From the sequence record PP952733.1: a DNA stretch of 64,000 nucleotides. One strand, 5' to 3'. The translations under genes were made by a program, and so were the position numbers. Under the pieces are notes generated by a model, which saw only the letters and a program-made list of their open reading frames with translations, had not been told where the DNA came from and made no database searches. Source of the DNA: Escherichia phage vB_EcoM_H12. The first letter of the stretch is position 1; each line of letters starts with the position of its first letter. Shown here piece by piece: positions 9,055 to 15,111 of this stretch.

Positions 9055-9426
9055 ATGAAAAACAGAACAAACAAAGGCCAGTTTAAAAAAGGCCAGTCTG
9101 GAAACCCATCTGGAAGACCAAAAGGCTCTCGTAACAAAAGCTCACTTGTAAAAGCTCAACTGACCATTGATAATTCTGCTGAGTTTGCTGCAAAGTTGTT
9201 TGAAGCGATTGTTACAAGGGACGCTGCTAAGCTTGCAGAGTTTGGTCTAAACACAGATGACGTAACCATCAAGAGCATGATTGAGGTCGGTAAAACTATC
9301 ATGACTCACTCAGCAGGTGAGATGAAAGCAATTGCAGCAGATACTAAGAAGACCCCTGATAATGGTGGTCAGTCACAGACAGATAACAAACCAACGTTCT
9401 CTGCTGTAGCTACTCTCAAAAAATAA
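9055..9426 (+). CDS. hypothetical protein (123 aa) with basic Gly/Pro-rich N-terminus
   Basis: AAGAGG RBS; N-terminal KGQFKKGQSGNPSGRPKGSRNK. Confidence 0.5.
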   Translation: MKNRTNKGQFKKGQSGNPSGRPKGSRNKSSLVKAQLTIDNSAEFAAKLFEAIVTRDAAKLAEFGLNTDDVTIKSMIEVGKTIMTHSAGEMKAIAADTKKTPDNGGQSQTDNKPTFSAVATLKK

Positions 9427-9507
9427 TTTTAAAAGGTGTTGACAGGCTCTACAAAGTTGCTCTAAAGTCTGTCACATCAAACAACAAATGAGAGAAGAGA
9501 GTAAAAT

Positions 9508-10923
9508 ATGAGCGAATTATTTAAACATGCGCACCTTCATGCAGGTCGAACTGAAAATGGTGCTGTAAACCATACTTCATCAATGTCTGCTCTGGTAGAC
9601 TTCTACAAAGCCGCTGGCTCAAGCCGTAGCAATGTAGAAATCTTACCAGACCTGTTCTACAAAGCTTTGCGTGAGGATGTTGATGTTGCAGTTCGTATTT
9701 TACTGCATATGCGAGATGTACGAGAAGGTATGGGTGAGCGTAAAGCTTTCCGAACTGTTTTACTTCAAGCGATTGAAGATAAAGTTTTAGAGCCTACACA
9801 GGTTCTTCGCATTATGGATAAGATTGCAGAACTTGGTCGTTTTGATGACTTCAAAATCTTCGTAGGTACTCGTTTTGAGACAGATGCCTTCAAACATTTA
9901 GAAGCAGCATTACTAGACCCTGCAACAGCAGGTTTAGCGGCTAAGTGGTTACCACGAGTAAAACCACGCCACAAACAGTTTGTAAAACGTTTCTGTAAGT
10001 TTGCAAACTTAAGTGAGAAGGAGTATCGCACGCTGTTATCTGCACTGTCTGATACGGTTGAGCAAAAAATCTCTGCTAATGAGTTTGGTAAGATTGACTA
10101 CAGCAAGATTCCTTCACTCGCTGCTGCACGTTACCAAAAGCTCTTTAACCGTAAAGATGGGGAACGTTACAAAGCTTACATCGAGTCCCTCTCAAAAGGT
10201 GAGGCTAAGATTAACGCTGGTGCTGTTTACCCATACGATGTGATTAAATCTATCAAGTATGGTAATGCAGATGTTGCTAATGAGCAGTGGAAAGCACTAC
10301 CAAACTGGATGGCAGAAGGTGAGAACATCTTGTGTATGACTGATGTTTCAAGCTCAATGTCTTGGGTGAATCTTGGTTCAATCACTGCCCTTGATATTGG
10401 TGTATCACTTGCTTTGTATGTAGCAGAACGCAACACTGGTTGCTTTAAGAATGAGTTAATGGTTTACTCAACAAACCCTCACTTCATCGAACTGAGTGGT
10501 GATTTACGAAACCGTCATCGTCAGGTAATGCGTCATGTTGAATACGGTTCAACTAACTTACAAGCAGCTTTTGACCGTATTCTTGAGGTAGGTAAGCGAA
10601 ACAACTTGACTCAGAAAGATATGCCAAGTAAGCTTATTATCTTCTCCGATATGGAGTTCAATCAGGTTGATGGAGCTAACGGTCGTACAAACTTTGAAGC
10701 AATTCAGAGTAAGTACAAAAAAGCTGGATACGAAATGCCACAACTAGTATTCTGGTACTTAGCAAACCGTAATGGTACTTGCGAAGTATCTGTTAAGGAT
10801 AATGGTGTAGCAATGGTATCAGGGTTCTCTCCAGCCACTTTAAAAGCTCTGCTTGGTGGTGAGAAGTTTGACCCAATCAGCATAATGCTCAAAGCGGTAA
10901 TGATTGACCGTTACATCTGGTAA
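9508..10923 (+). CDS. vWA-domain protein with MIDAS motif and long helical N-terminal domain; candidate Ro60-like (TROVE-vWA) protein
   Basis: DxSxS MIDAS motif (CMTDVSSSMSW) about residue 277 preceded by hydrophobic strand; about 270-aa N-terminal domain; TROVE-like assignment is inference from domain layout only. Confidence 0.6.
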   Translation: MSELFKHAHLHAGRTENGAVNHTSSMSALVDFYKAAGSSRSNVEILPDLFYKALREDVDVAVRILLHMRDVREGMGERKAFRTVLLQAIEDKVLEPTQVLRIMDKIAELGRFDDFKIFVGTRFETDAFKHLEAALLDPATAGLAAKWLPRVKPRHKQFVKRFCKFANLSEKEYRTLLSALSDTVEQKISANEFGKIDYSKIPSLAAARYQKLFNRKDGERYKAYIESLSKGEAKINAGAVYPYDVIKSIKYGNADVANEQWKALPNWMAEGENILCMTDVSSSMSWVNLGSITALDIGVSLALYVAERNTGCFKNELMVYSTNPHFIELSGDLRNRHRQVMRHVEYGSTNLQAAFDRILEVGKRNNLTQKDMPSKLIIFSDMEFNQVDGANGRTNFEAIQSKYKKAGYEMPQLVFWYLANRNGTCEVSVKDNGVAMVSGFSPATLKALLGGEKFDPISIMLKAVMIDRYIW

Positions 10924-10934
10924 AAAGTTTTAAA

Positions 10935-10970
10935 AAGGGTATTGACAATGTGTTTAATACCCTTTAATAT
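10935..10970 (+). promoter_or_regulatory. Sigma70-like promoter (TTGACA-17-TAATAT) embedded in a 9-bp inverted repeat
   Basis: TTGACA at 10942-10947, TAATAT at 10965-10970; AAGGGTATT / AATACCCTT arms flank the -35 box. Confidence 0.55.
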
Positions 10971-11033
10971 GTTCTACATAGAAACGAAATGAGAGCTTTT
11001 CTAAGATACTGAAAAATATTTTAAAAAAGTTCT

Positions 11034-11062
11034 TGACAACCACTAAAAAATAATGTTAAAGT
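11034..11062 (+). promoter_or_regulatory. Promoter-like element upstream of tRNA array
   Basis: A-tract then TTGACA at 11034-11039; weak -10 (TTAAAG). Confidence 0.4.
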
Positions 11063-11088
11063 GGTTACATAGAGTTTGAAAAGTTTAT

Positions 11089-11165
11089 CTCTGTTTAGCT
11101 CAGCTTGGTAGAGCGTTCCGTTTGGGGCGGTAAGGCCGGAGGTTCAAGTCCTCCAACAGAGACCA
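11089..11165 (+). tRNA. tRNA-Pro (anticodon UGG)
   Basis: Cloverleaf folded by hand: 7-bp acceptor CTCTGTT/AACAGAG, anticodon loop TTTGGGG, T-arm GGAGG-TTCAAGT-CCTCC, CCA encoded. Confidence 0.85.
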
Positions 11166-11172
11166 AATTAAT

Positions 11173-11250
11173 GTTCCAGTAGACAAAATGGTAAAGTCAC
11201 CACTCTTTCAAAGTGGATATTTGAGGGTTCAAATCCCTTCTGGAACGCCA
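11173..11250 (+). tRNA. tRNA-Glu (anticodon UUC)
   Basis: Acceptor GTTCCAG/CTGGAAC, anticodon loop CTTTCAA, T-loop TTCAAAT, CCA encoded. Confidence 0.8.
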
Positions 11251-11257
11251 GTTTTGA

Positions 11258-11330
11258 CAGAAGACCAATTGCAGCAAACTTAATCTTATTCATCTGACAC
11301 GAAATCGGACAAAGAAGAGATTTGGTCTGG
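11258..11330 (+). ncRNA. Stem-closed RNA-like element A (CAGAAGACCAAT...TTTGGTCTGG)
   Basis: Terminal inverted repeat AGACCAA/TTGGTCT enclosing about 50 nt; conserved CAGCAA next to 5' arm; one of four related elements. Confidence 0.4.
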
Positions 11331-11341
11331 TCATTAAGAAT

Positions 11342-11418
11342 TGCGGGTATAGAGAAAGGGCGTCTCACATGTCTCATTAGCATGGTATCGGCAGGTTCGA
11401 CTCCTGCACCCGCCTCCA
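11342..11418 (+). tRNA. tRNA with anticodon CAU (Met or Ile2 type)
   Basis: Anticodon loop CTCATTA, T-arm GCAGG-TTCGACT-CCTGC, CCA encoded; first acceptor pair mismatched. Confidence 0.75.
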
Positions 11419-11424
11419 AATTTA

Positions 11425-11488
11425 CAGAAGACCGTTTACAGCAATATTTATTAAATTTTTAGCGGAAAAATTGAAAGATACGGTCTGG
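11425..11488 (+). ncRNA. Stem-closed RNA-like element B (CAGAAGACCGTT...ACGGTCTGG)
   Basis: Terminal inverted repeat AGACCGT/ACGGTCT; compensatory changes relative to elements A and C. Confidence 0.4.
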
Positions 11489-11501
11489 TAATACTAAACA
11501 T

Positions 11502-11578
11502 GGTTAGGAAGCACATAAGGTATGTGCGGTCGCCTGTTAAGCGAATGGCACAGGGTTCGAATCCCTGACTAACCGCCA
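11502..11578 (+). tRNA. tRNA-Asn (anticodon GUU)
   Basis: Anticodon loop CTGTTAA, T-arm CAGGG-TTCGAAT-CCCTG, CCA encoded. Confidence 0.8.
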
Positions 11579-11587
11579 AATTTAAAT

Positions 11588-11675
11588 GTGTCGTTATCCC
11601 GTAGATGGTAGCGGTGGGGACTGTAAATCCCTTGTCATTGAGACTCGGTAGGTTCGACTCCTACACGGCACACCA
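11588..11675 (+). tRNA. tRNA-Tyr (anticodon GUA), long variable arm
   Basis: Anticodon loop CTGTAAA, about 14-nt variable arm, T-loop TTCGACT, CCA encoded. Confidence 0.8.
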
Positions 11676-11681
11676 AATAAA

Positions 11682-11759
11682 GGTTATGTAGTTTAATCTG
11701 GTTAAAATACTCCCCTGTCACGGGAGATGATGAGGGTTCAAATCCCTTCGTAACCGCCA
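11682..11759 (+). tRNA. tRNA-Asp (anticodon GUC)
   Basis: Anticodon stem CTCCC/GGGAG with loop CTGTCAC, T-loop TTCAAAT, CCA encoded. Confidence 0.8.
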
Positions 11760-11845
11760 AATTATAATAAGTATTTCAAAATGATGTTTGAGAGGGCTAT
11801 TCAGCCCCTCCCTTAAAGAGTTTTTACGAGTATTCTTTAAAGGAG

Positions 11846-11918
11846 CAGAAGACCAAATTCAGCAAGTTACTTAAAATTTCAAGCCAATTTAATTTTGAAA
11901 AATTTAAAACTTGGTCTG
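11846..11918 (+). ncRNA. Stem-closed RNA-like element C (CAGAAGACCAAA...TTGGTCTG)
   Basis: Terminal inverted repeat AGACCAA/TTGGTCT; conserved CAGCAA after 5' arm. Confidence 0.4.
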
Positions 11919-11932
11919 ACTCAACAAATTTA

Positions 11933-12064
11933 CAGAAGACCGTTTACAGCAAAACTTAAACAATCTATTTCTCCGGTAAAGAAAAGGCGAAGGTTCGATT
12001 CCTTCACTCGGCAGATGTCGAGTTGGTGTAATGGTAGCACTTAAGATGATAAACAACGGTCTGG
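11933..12064 (+). ncRNA. Stem-closed element D with permuted tRNA-like module (Y RNA-like candidate)
   Basis: Closing stem AGACCGTT/AACGGTCT; inside, in order: T-arm GAAGG-TTCGATT-CCTTC (11989-12005), 7-bp hairpin ACTCGGC-AGAT-GTCGAGT (12006-12023), D-arm-like TGGTGTAATGGTAGCAC; no anticodon arm or CCA. Confidence 0.45.
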
Positions 12065-12065
12065 T

Positions 12066-12209
12066 AATTATCTTTGTAGATAAGTTATTAAGCTTACTTG
12101 TGAGTATGCGACCACAAAGGGTGAAAGGGTAAATTCTAGATTTAAACCCAACAACGCACATCGCTACAGACCTTAAGCAAGTCTGGGTAGCTTATCTACA
12201 AAGATAATT
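12066..12209 (+). repeat. 19-bp perfect inverted repeat (AATTATCTTTGTAGATAAG / CTTATCTACAAAGATAATT) enclosing about 105 nt
   Basis: Arms at 12066-12084 and 12191-12209 are exact reverse complements; inner hairpin CAGAC-CTTAAGCAA-GTCTG. Confidence 0.6.
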
Positions 12210-12223
12210 TAATGGAAGTGTAG

Positions 12224-12289
12224 CAGAATGGTGATGCGGCAGACTTTTAATCTGACAGGCGATGGGTTCGAATCCCTCCACTTCTACCA
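12224..12289 (+). tRNA. tRNA-Lys (anticodon UUU)
   Basis: Acceptor GGAAGTG/CACTTCT, anticodon loop CTTTTAA, T-loop TTCGAAT (T-stem has two mismatches), CCA encoded. Confidence 0.7.
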
Positions 12290-12293
12290 ATAT

Positions 12294-12370
12294 GGTTCAG
12301 TCGCAGATAAGGTAATGCAGGGGTCTCATAAGCCCTATGAATGTGGGTTCGATTCCCATCTGAACCTCCA
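12294..12370 (+). tRNA. tRNA-Met (anticodon CAU), second copy
   Basis: Anticodon stem with three consecutive G-C pairs, loop CTCATAA, T-arm GTGGG-TTCGATT-CCCAT, CCA encoded. Confidence 0.75.
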
Positions 12371-12371
12371 A

Positions 12372-12447
12372 GCTGGTATAGTTAAGAAGGTTATAACACT
12401 CCCCTGATAAGGGAACATCGGTGGTTCGATTCCACCTACCAGTACCA
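12372..12447 (+). tRNA. tRNA-Ile (anticodon GAU)
   Basis: Anticodon loop CTGATAA, T-arm GGTGG-TTCGATT-CCACC, CCA encoded. Confidence 0.8.
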
Positions 12448-12462
12448 ATTTCAATAAAGTTG

Positions 12463-12491
12463 TTGACATTGAGATGTGACCACTTTATAGT
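12463..12491 (+). promoter_or_regulatory. Sigma70-like promoter TTGACA-17-TATAGT inside tRNA array
   Basis: TTGACA at 12463-12468, TATAGT at 12486-12491, upstream A-tract. Confidence 0.55.
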
Positions 12492-12783
12492 AACTAAAAT
12501 ACTTCATAATATGTATAATTCAAACACCAATACATGAGCGTTAGACGTAACACAATGTGGGGAAATTTGTTGTACATATTCTGAATAGTTTTCGTTGCGT
12601 AGCGTCTATTTTGCAAATTTAAAATAAATGCAAACGACAATGTTTTTCTGGCAGTAGCTTGATAGGCTAAACACCAGTGAGGTCTTCCAATCCCTCATCA
12701 AAGAATTTGGCGTACTAGCCCACGGTATGATTAATAAGGTGGGCATCTTTAAGTACTTTCTAAGAGAGTCTTTAAAGATTAAT

Positions 12784-12860
12784 GCACCCTTAGTTCAATT
12801 GGATAGAGCAACGGTCTTCTAAATCGTTAGTTACAGGTTCGAATCCTGTAGGGTGTGCCA
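12784..12860 (+). tRNA. tRNA-Arg (anticodon UCU)
   Basis: Acceptor GCACCCT/AGGGTGT, anticodon stem ACGGT/ATCGT with loop CTTCTAA, T-loop TTCGAAT, CCA encoded. Confidence 0.8.
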
Positions 12861-13001
12861 AATAGTTAGCAGATTGCTTAGACGACCTTATCGGGTCTCC
12901 GTGTAAGGAGGTGGTCTGTATCTCATGTTTCCAGAACATGTAAATAATCTGAGAAGGGGCTTTACAGTGTTGCGAAAATACGGTAAGCTTCGAATTATAG
13001 T

Positions 13002-13084
13002 GTGGGACGATGTTAAGACTCTAAGGCATGAGCAACGGCCTCCAAAACCGTTTCAAAGGGGTTCAACTCCTCCGTCCCATGCCA
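13002..13084 (+). tRNA. tRNA-Trp-like (anticodon CCA), atypical expanded D region
   Basis: Acceptor GTGGGAC/GTCCCAT, anticodon loop CTCCAAA, T-arm AGGGG-TTCAACT-CCTCC, CCA encoded; about 26 nt between acceptor and anticodon stem. Confidence 0.45.
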
Positions 13085-13097
13085 AAGTCTTATTAGG

Positions 13098-13185
13098 GGT
13101 AGGTAGCGGCTAATGGCAGCCAAACAGTCTTGAAAACTGTTGCCACTGTAGAGATACGGTGAGGGTTCGACTCCTTTACTTACCG
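13098..13185 (+). tRNA. tRNA-Ser (anticodon UGA), long variable arm
   Basis: Anticodon stem ACAGT/ACTGT with loop CTTGAAA, long variable arm, T-loop TTCGACT; CCA not encoded. Confidence 0.75.
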
Positions 13186-13340
13186 CCTAATAAGATTTAA
13201 AACCAAGCTTCATTCGGATGTTGCTTTGGTATCCCTCGTGTATTGTCGTACACAAGTAAAGCACCTAGTAGGTGTCACGGAGAAGAGATAATATCAAGCT
13301 CTCCAAAGGTTCTAGTCACCGGATTAAACAAGACTATGCA

Positions 13341-13361
13341 AAGACCTATTTAGGTCTTTTT
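13341..13361 (+). terminator. Terminator-like hairpin inside tRNA array
   Basis: AAGACCT-ATTT-AGGTCTT followed by TTT; AT-rich stem so probably weak. Confidence 0.4.
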
Positions 13362-13440
13362 AGAGGGCTTCTAAGGTTATTACAGCTTGTTGTGGAACCT
13401 TGTTGCTTAGGTTCTTAGAAGTTCTCTAAAAAGATTTAAT

Positions 13441-13518
13441 GGGAGATTGACGGTAATTGGTAAACCTACCATCCTTAGAAGTTGGTGTTTGAGGGTTCGA
13501 ATCCCTTGTCTCCTACCA
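13441..13518 (+). tRNA. tRNA with anticodon UAG (leucine-type anticodon) but short variable arm
   Basis: Acceptor GGGAGAT/GTCTCCT, anticodon loop CTTAGAA, 5-nt variable loop, T-arm GAGGG-TTCGAAT-CCCTT, A73, CCA encoded. Confidence 0.7.
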
Positions 13519-13525
13519 AATTAAT

Positions 13526-13601
13526 GCAGGTGTAGCAAAATGGTTATGCGGCTGACTCTTAATCAGTAAGACGATGGGTTCAATTCCCTCCACCTGTACC
13601 A
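13526..13601 (+). tRNA. tRNA-Lys (anticodon CUU)
   Basis: Close paralog of the UUU tRNA at 12224; anticodon loop CTCTTAA; CCA encoded. Confidence 0.75.
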
Positions 13602-13605
13602 AATT

Positions 13606-13681
13606 GGGGTCATAGTTTATATGGTTAAAATTCGAGTTTTGCAAACTTGGGAACTGAGTTCAATTCTCAGTGACTCCACCA
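13606..13681 (+). tRNA. tRNA-Ala (anticodon UGC)
   Basis: Acceptor GGGGTCA/TGACTCC, anticodon loop TTTGCAA, T-arm CTGAG-TTCAATT-CTCAG, CCA encoded. Confidence 0.8.
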
Positions 13682-13687
13682 ATTAGT

Positions 13688-13762
13688 GCATCCATAGTTT
13701 AAACGGGAAAATTACAGTCTTCCAAACTGAGGTTGAGGGTTCGATTCCCTCTGGATGCTCCA
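13688..13762 (+). tRNA. tRNA-Gly (anticodon UCC)
   Basis: Acceptor GCATCCA/TGGATGC, anticodon loop CTTCCAA, T-arm GAGGG-TTCGATT-CCCTC, CCA encoded. Confidence 0.8.
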
Positions 13763-13769
13763 AATTAAT

Positions 13770-13845
13770 GCTCCTATCGTATAATTGGCTATTACGGTTG
13801 CCTTGTAAGCAACTTATCAGGGTTCGAATCCTTGTGGGAGCACCA
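13770..13845 (+). tRNA. tRNA-Thr (anticodon UGU)
   Basis: Acceptor GCTCCTA/TGGGAGC, anticodon stem GTTGC/GCAAC with loop CTTGTAA, T-loop TTCGAAT, CCA encoded. Confidence 0.8.
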
Positions 13846-13850
13846 ATTCA

Positions 13851-13936
13851 GAGGTCAAGTGAAAGACCGCTTTGAGTCAACTGAAGACCGTAACAAATCC
13901 CACGGAGTTGAGTTAGCGGCACAACTTCAGACCTCT
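13851..13936 (+). ncRNA. Structured hairpin element between tRNA-Thr and tRNA-Val
   Basis: 6-bp closing inverted repeat GAGGTC/GACCTC around about 75 nt with nested complementary segments (TCAACT/AGTTGA) and a GAAGACCGT motif; no canonical T-loop. Confidence 0.35.
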
Positions 13937-13941
13937 TTCAT

Positions 13942-14016
13942 ACTCGCTTAGTTTATATGGTAAAACATCACCCTTACAAGATGAAGAAAAAGGTTCAAGC
14001 CCTTTAGTGAGTACCA
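13942..14016 (+). tRNA. tRNA-Val (anticodon UAC)
   Basis: Acceptor ACTCGCT/AGTGAGT, anticodon loop CTTACAA, T-arm AAAGG-TTCAAGC-CCTTT, CCA encoded. Confidence 0.7.
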
Positions 14017-14017
14017 T

Positions 14018-14095
14018 GTTCCAGTATCCCAATTGGCAGAGGATGCAAGCTCAAACCTTGTACTAGTGACGGTTCGAATCCGTCTTGGAACACCA
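14018..14095 (+). tRNA. tRNA with anticodon CAA (leucine-type anticodon) but short variable arm
   Basis: Acceptor GTTCCAG/TTGGAAC, anticodon stem GCAAG/CTTGT with loop CTCAAAC, 6-nt variable loop, T-arm GACGG-TTCGAAT-CCGTC, A73, CCA encoded. Confidence 0.7.
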
Positions 14096-14100
14096 ATTTT

Positions 14101-14176
14101 GCAGGATTAGTTCAAATGGATAGAGCAACAGTCTACGAAGCTGTTAATAGGGGTTCGAATCCCTTATCCTGCGCCA
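14101..14176 (+). tRNA. tRNA-Arg (anticodon ACG)
   Basis: Acceptor GCAGGAT/ATCCTGC, anticodon stem ACAGT/GCTGT with loop CTACGAA, T-loop TTCGAAT, CCA encoded. Confidence 0.8.
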
Positions 14177-14195
14177 ATTTAAAGAGGCTATTTAG

Positions 14196-14753
14196 ATGAG
14201 ATATTTGAAGTATGCTTCATGGATTTTCTTAGCTTTGTTAGAGCCATTTGCAGCAATCTTAGCAGTTATCTTAGCACCTTTTGTAGTTCCATTCTACAGT
14301 GAAAAGAAAGGACACTTACCTTTCGGCTTCAGATGGATGGAAACATATGACAACCCAATTGATGGTGATGAAGGTCATGTTGAACGATGGGCTAAGATTA
14401 GAAAGATTGGTAAGCTTGGTGTCTATATGCAGAGAGTTGGTTGGCTCTGGAGAAACAAAGCTTATAACTTCTCTTACCATGTGTTAGGAAGAGATGTAAA
14501 AGATGTTACTAAGTGGAAAGGTAATATCAATGTAAGTTCTAACCCTGAAGATAATCAGACAGGTTATCTCCTAATGTGGAACAGTAATGCTTGGGGATTA
14601 TTCGCTTTTATCCCATCAATTAAAGTCTTTGGTAAGCAATTCTACTGGAGAATTTATGTTGGATGGAAACTTAAAAGTGTTGTTCCAAAAGAAAGAGCAT
14701 TCTCAAGGGAAAGAGTTATGTTGGCATTCTTTATTCATCCACTAAGAAAGTAA
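14196..14753 (+). CDS. putative membrane protein (185 aa) encoded inside the tRNA array
   Basis: AAAGAGG RBS; N-terminal hydrophobic helix (WIFLALLEPFAAILAVILAPFVVPF); Trp-rich. Confidence 0.55.
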   Translation: MRYLKYASWIFLALLEPFAAILAVILAPFVVPFYSEKKGHLPFGFRWMETYDNPIDGDEGHVERWAKIRKIGKLGVYMQRVGWLWRNKAYNFSYHVLGRDVKDVTKWKGNINVSSNPEDNQTGYLLMWNSNAWGLFAFIPSIKVFGKQFYWRIYVGWKLKSVVPKERAFSRERVMLAFFIHPLRK

Positions 14754-14761
14754 AGATTTAA

Positions 14762-14837
14762 AGGGGATTAGTTTACAAGGTTAAAACCTCGGTCTTTGAA
14801 ATCGAAGAAGTTGGTTCAATTCCAACATCCCCCGCCA
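14762..14837 (+). tRNA. tRNA-Gln (anticodon UUG)
   Basis: Anticodon stem TCGGT/ATCGA with loop CTTTGAA, T-arm GTTGG-TTCAATT-CCAAC, CCA encoded; first acceptor pair mismatched. Confidence 0.75.
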
Positions 14838-14839
14838 AT

Positions 14840-14918
14840 GCTCCATTACTCCAATTGGTAGAGAGGCCAGACTTAAAATCTGTGTTATGTATCGGTTCGA
14901 ATCCGATATGGAGTACCA
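14840..14918 (+). tRNA. tRNA with anticodon UAA (leucine-type anticodon) but short variable arm
   Basis: Acceptor GCTCCAT/ATGGAGT, anticodon loop CTTAAAA, about 7-nt variable loop, T-arm ATCGG-TTCGAAT-CCGAT, A73, CCA encoded. Confidence 0.7.
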
Positions 14919-14923
14919 AATTT

Positions 14924-14999
14924 AGCGGTATAGCATAACTGGCAATGCAGCAGTCTCTGAAGCTGTCTTATTAAGGTTCAAATCCTTATGCCGCTGCCA
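14924..14999 (+). tRNA. tRNA-Gln (anticodon CUG)
   Basis: D-stem GCAT/ATGC, anticodon stem GCAGT/GCTGT with loop CTCTGAA, T-loop TTCAAAT, CCA encoded. Confidence 0.7.
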
Positions 15000-15030
15000 C
15001 TTCTAAGGATTCTTACGAGAGTCCTTAAAT

Positions 15031-15106
15031 GTGGCCTTATCATAAATGGTAATGACCCATGCTGTGAACATGGTCTATACGGGTTCAAATCCCGTAGGTC
15101 ACCCCA
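15031..15106 (+). tRNA. tRNA-His (anticodon GUG)
   Basis: Acceptor GTGGCCT/AGGTCAC, anticodon stem CCATG/CATGG with loop CTGTGAA, T-arm ACGGG-TTCAAAT-CCCGT, CCA encoded. Confidence 0.8.
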
Positions 15107-15111
15107 ATTTA

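Noticed and set aside
11933-12064. Permuted tmRNA or genuine permuted tRNA gene
   Set aside because: No G3:U70 alanine identity pair, no encoded CCA, no anticodon arm and no tag-peptide reading frame; the closed acceptor-like hairpin with a long terminal stem fits a Y RNA-like mimic better
11168-13113. Track ORFs 11168..11419(-), 11904..12161(-), 12925..13113(+) inside the tRNA array
   Set aside because: They overlap tRNA genes or structured RNA elements, lack RBS support and have low-complexity translations; treated as spurious
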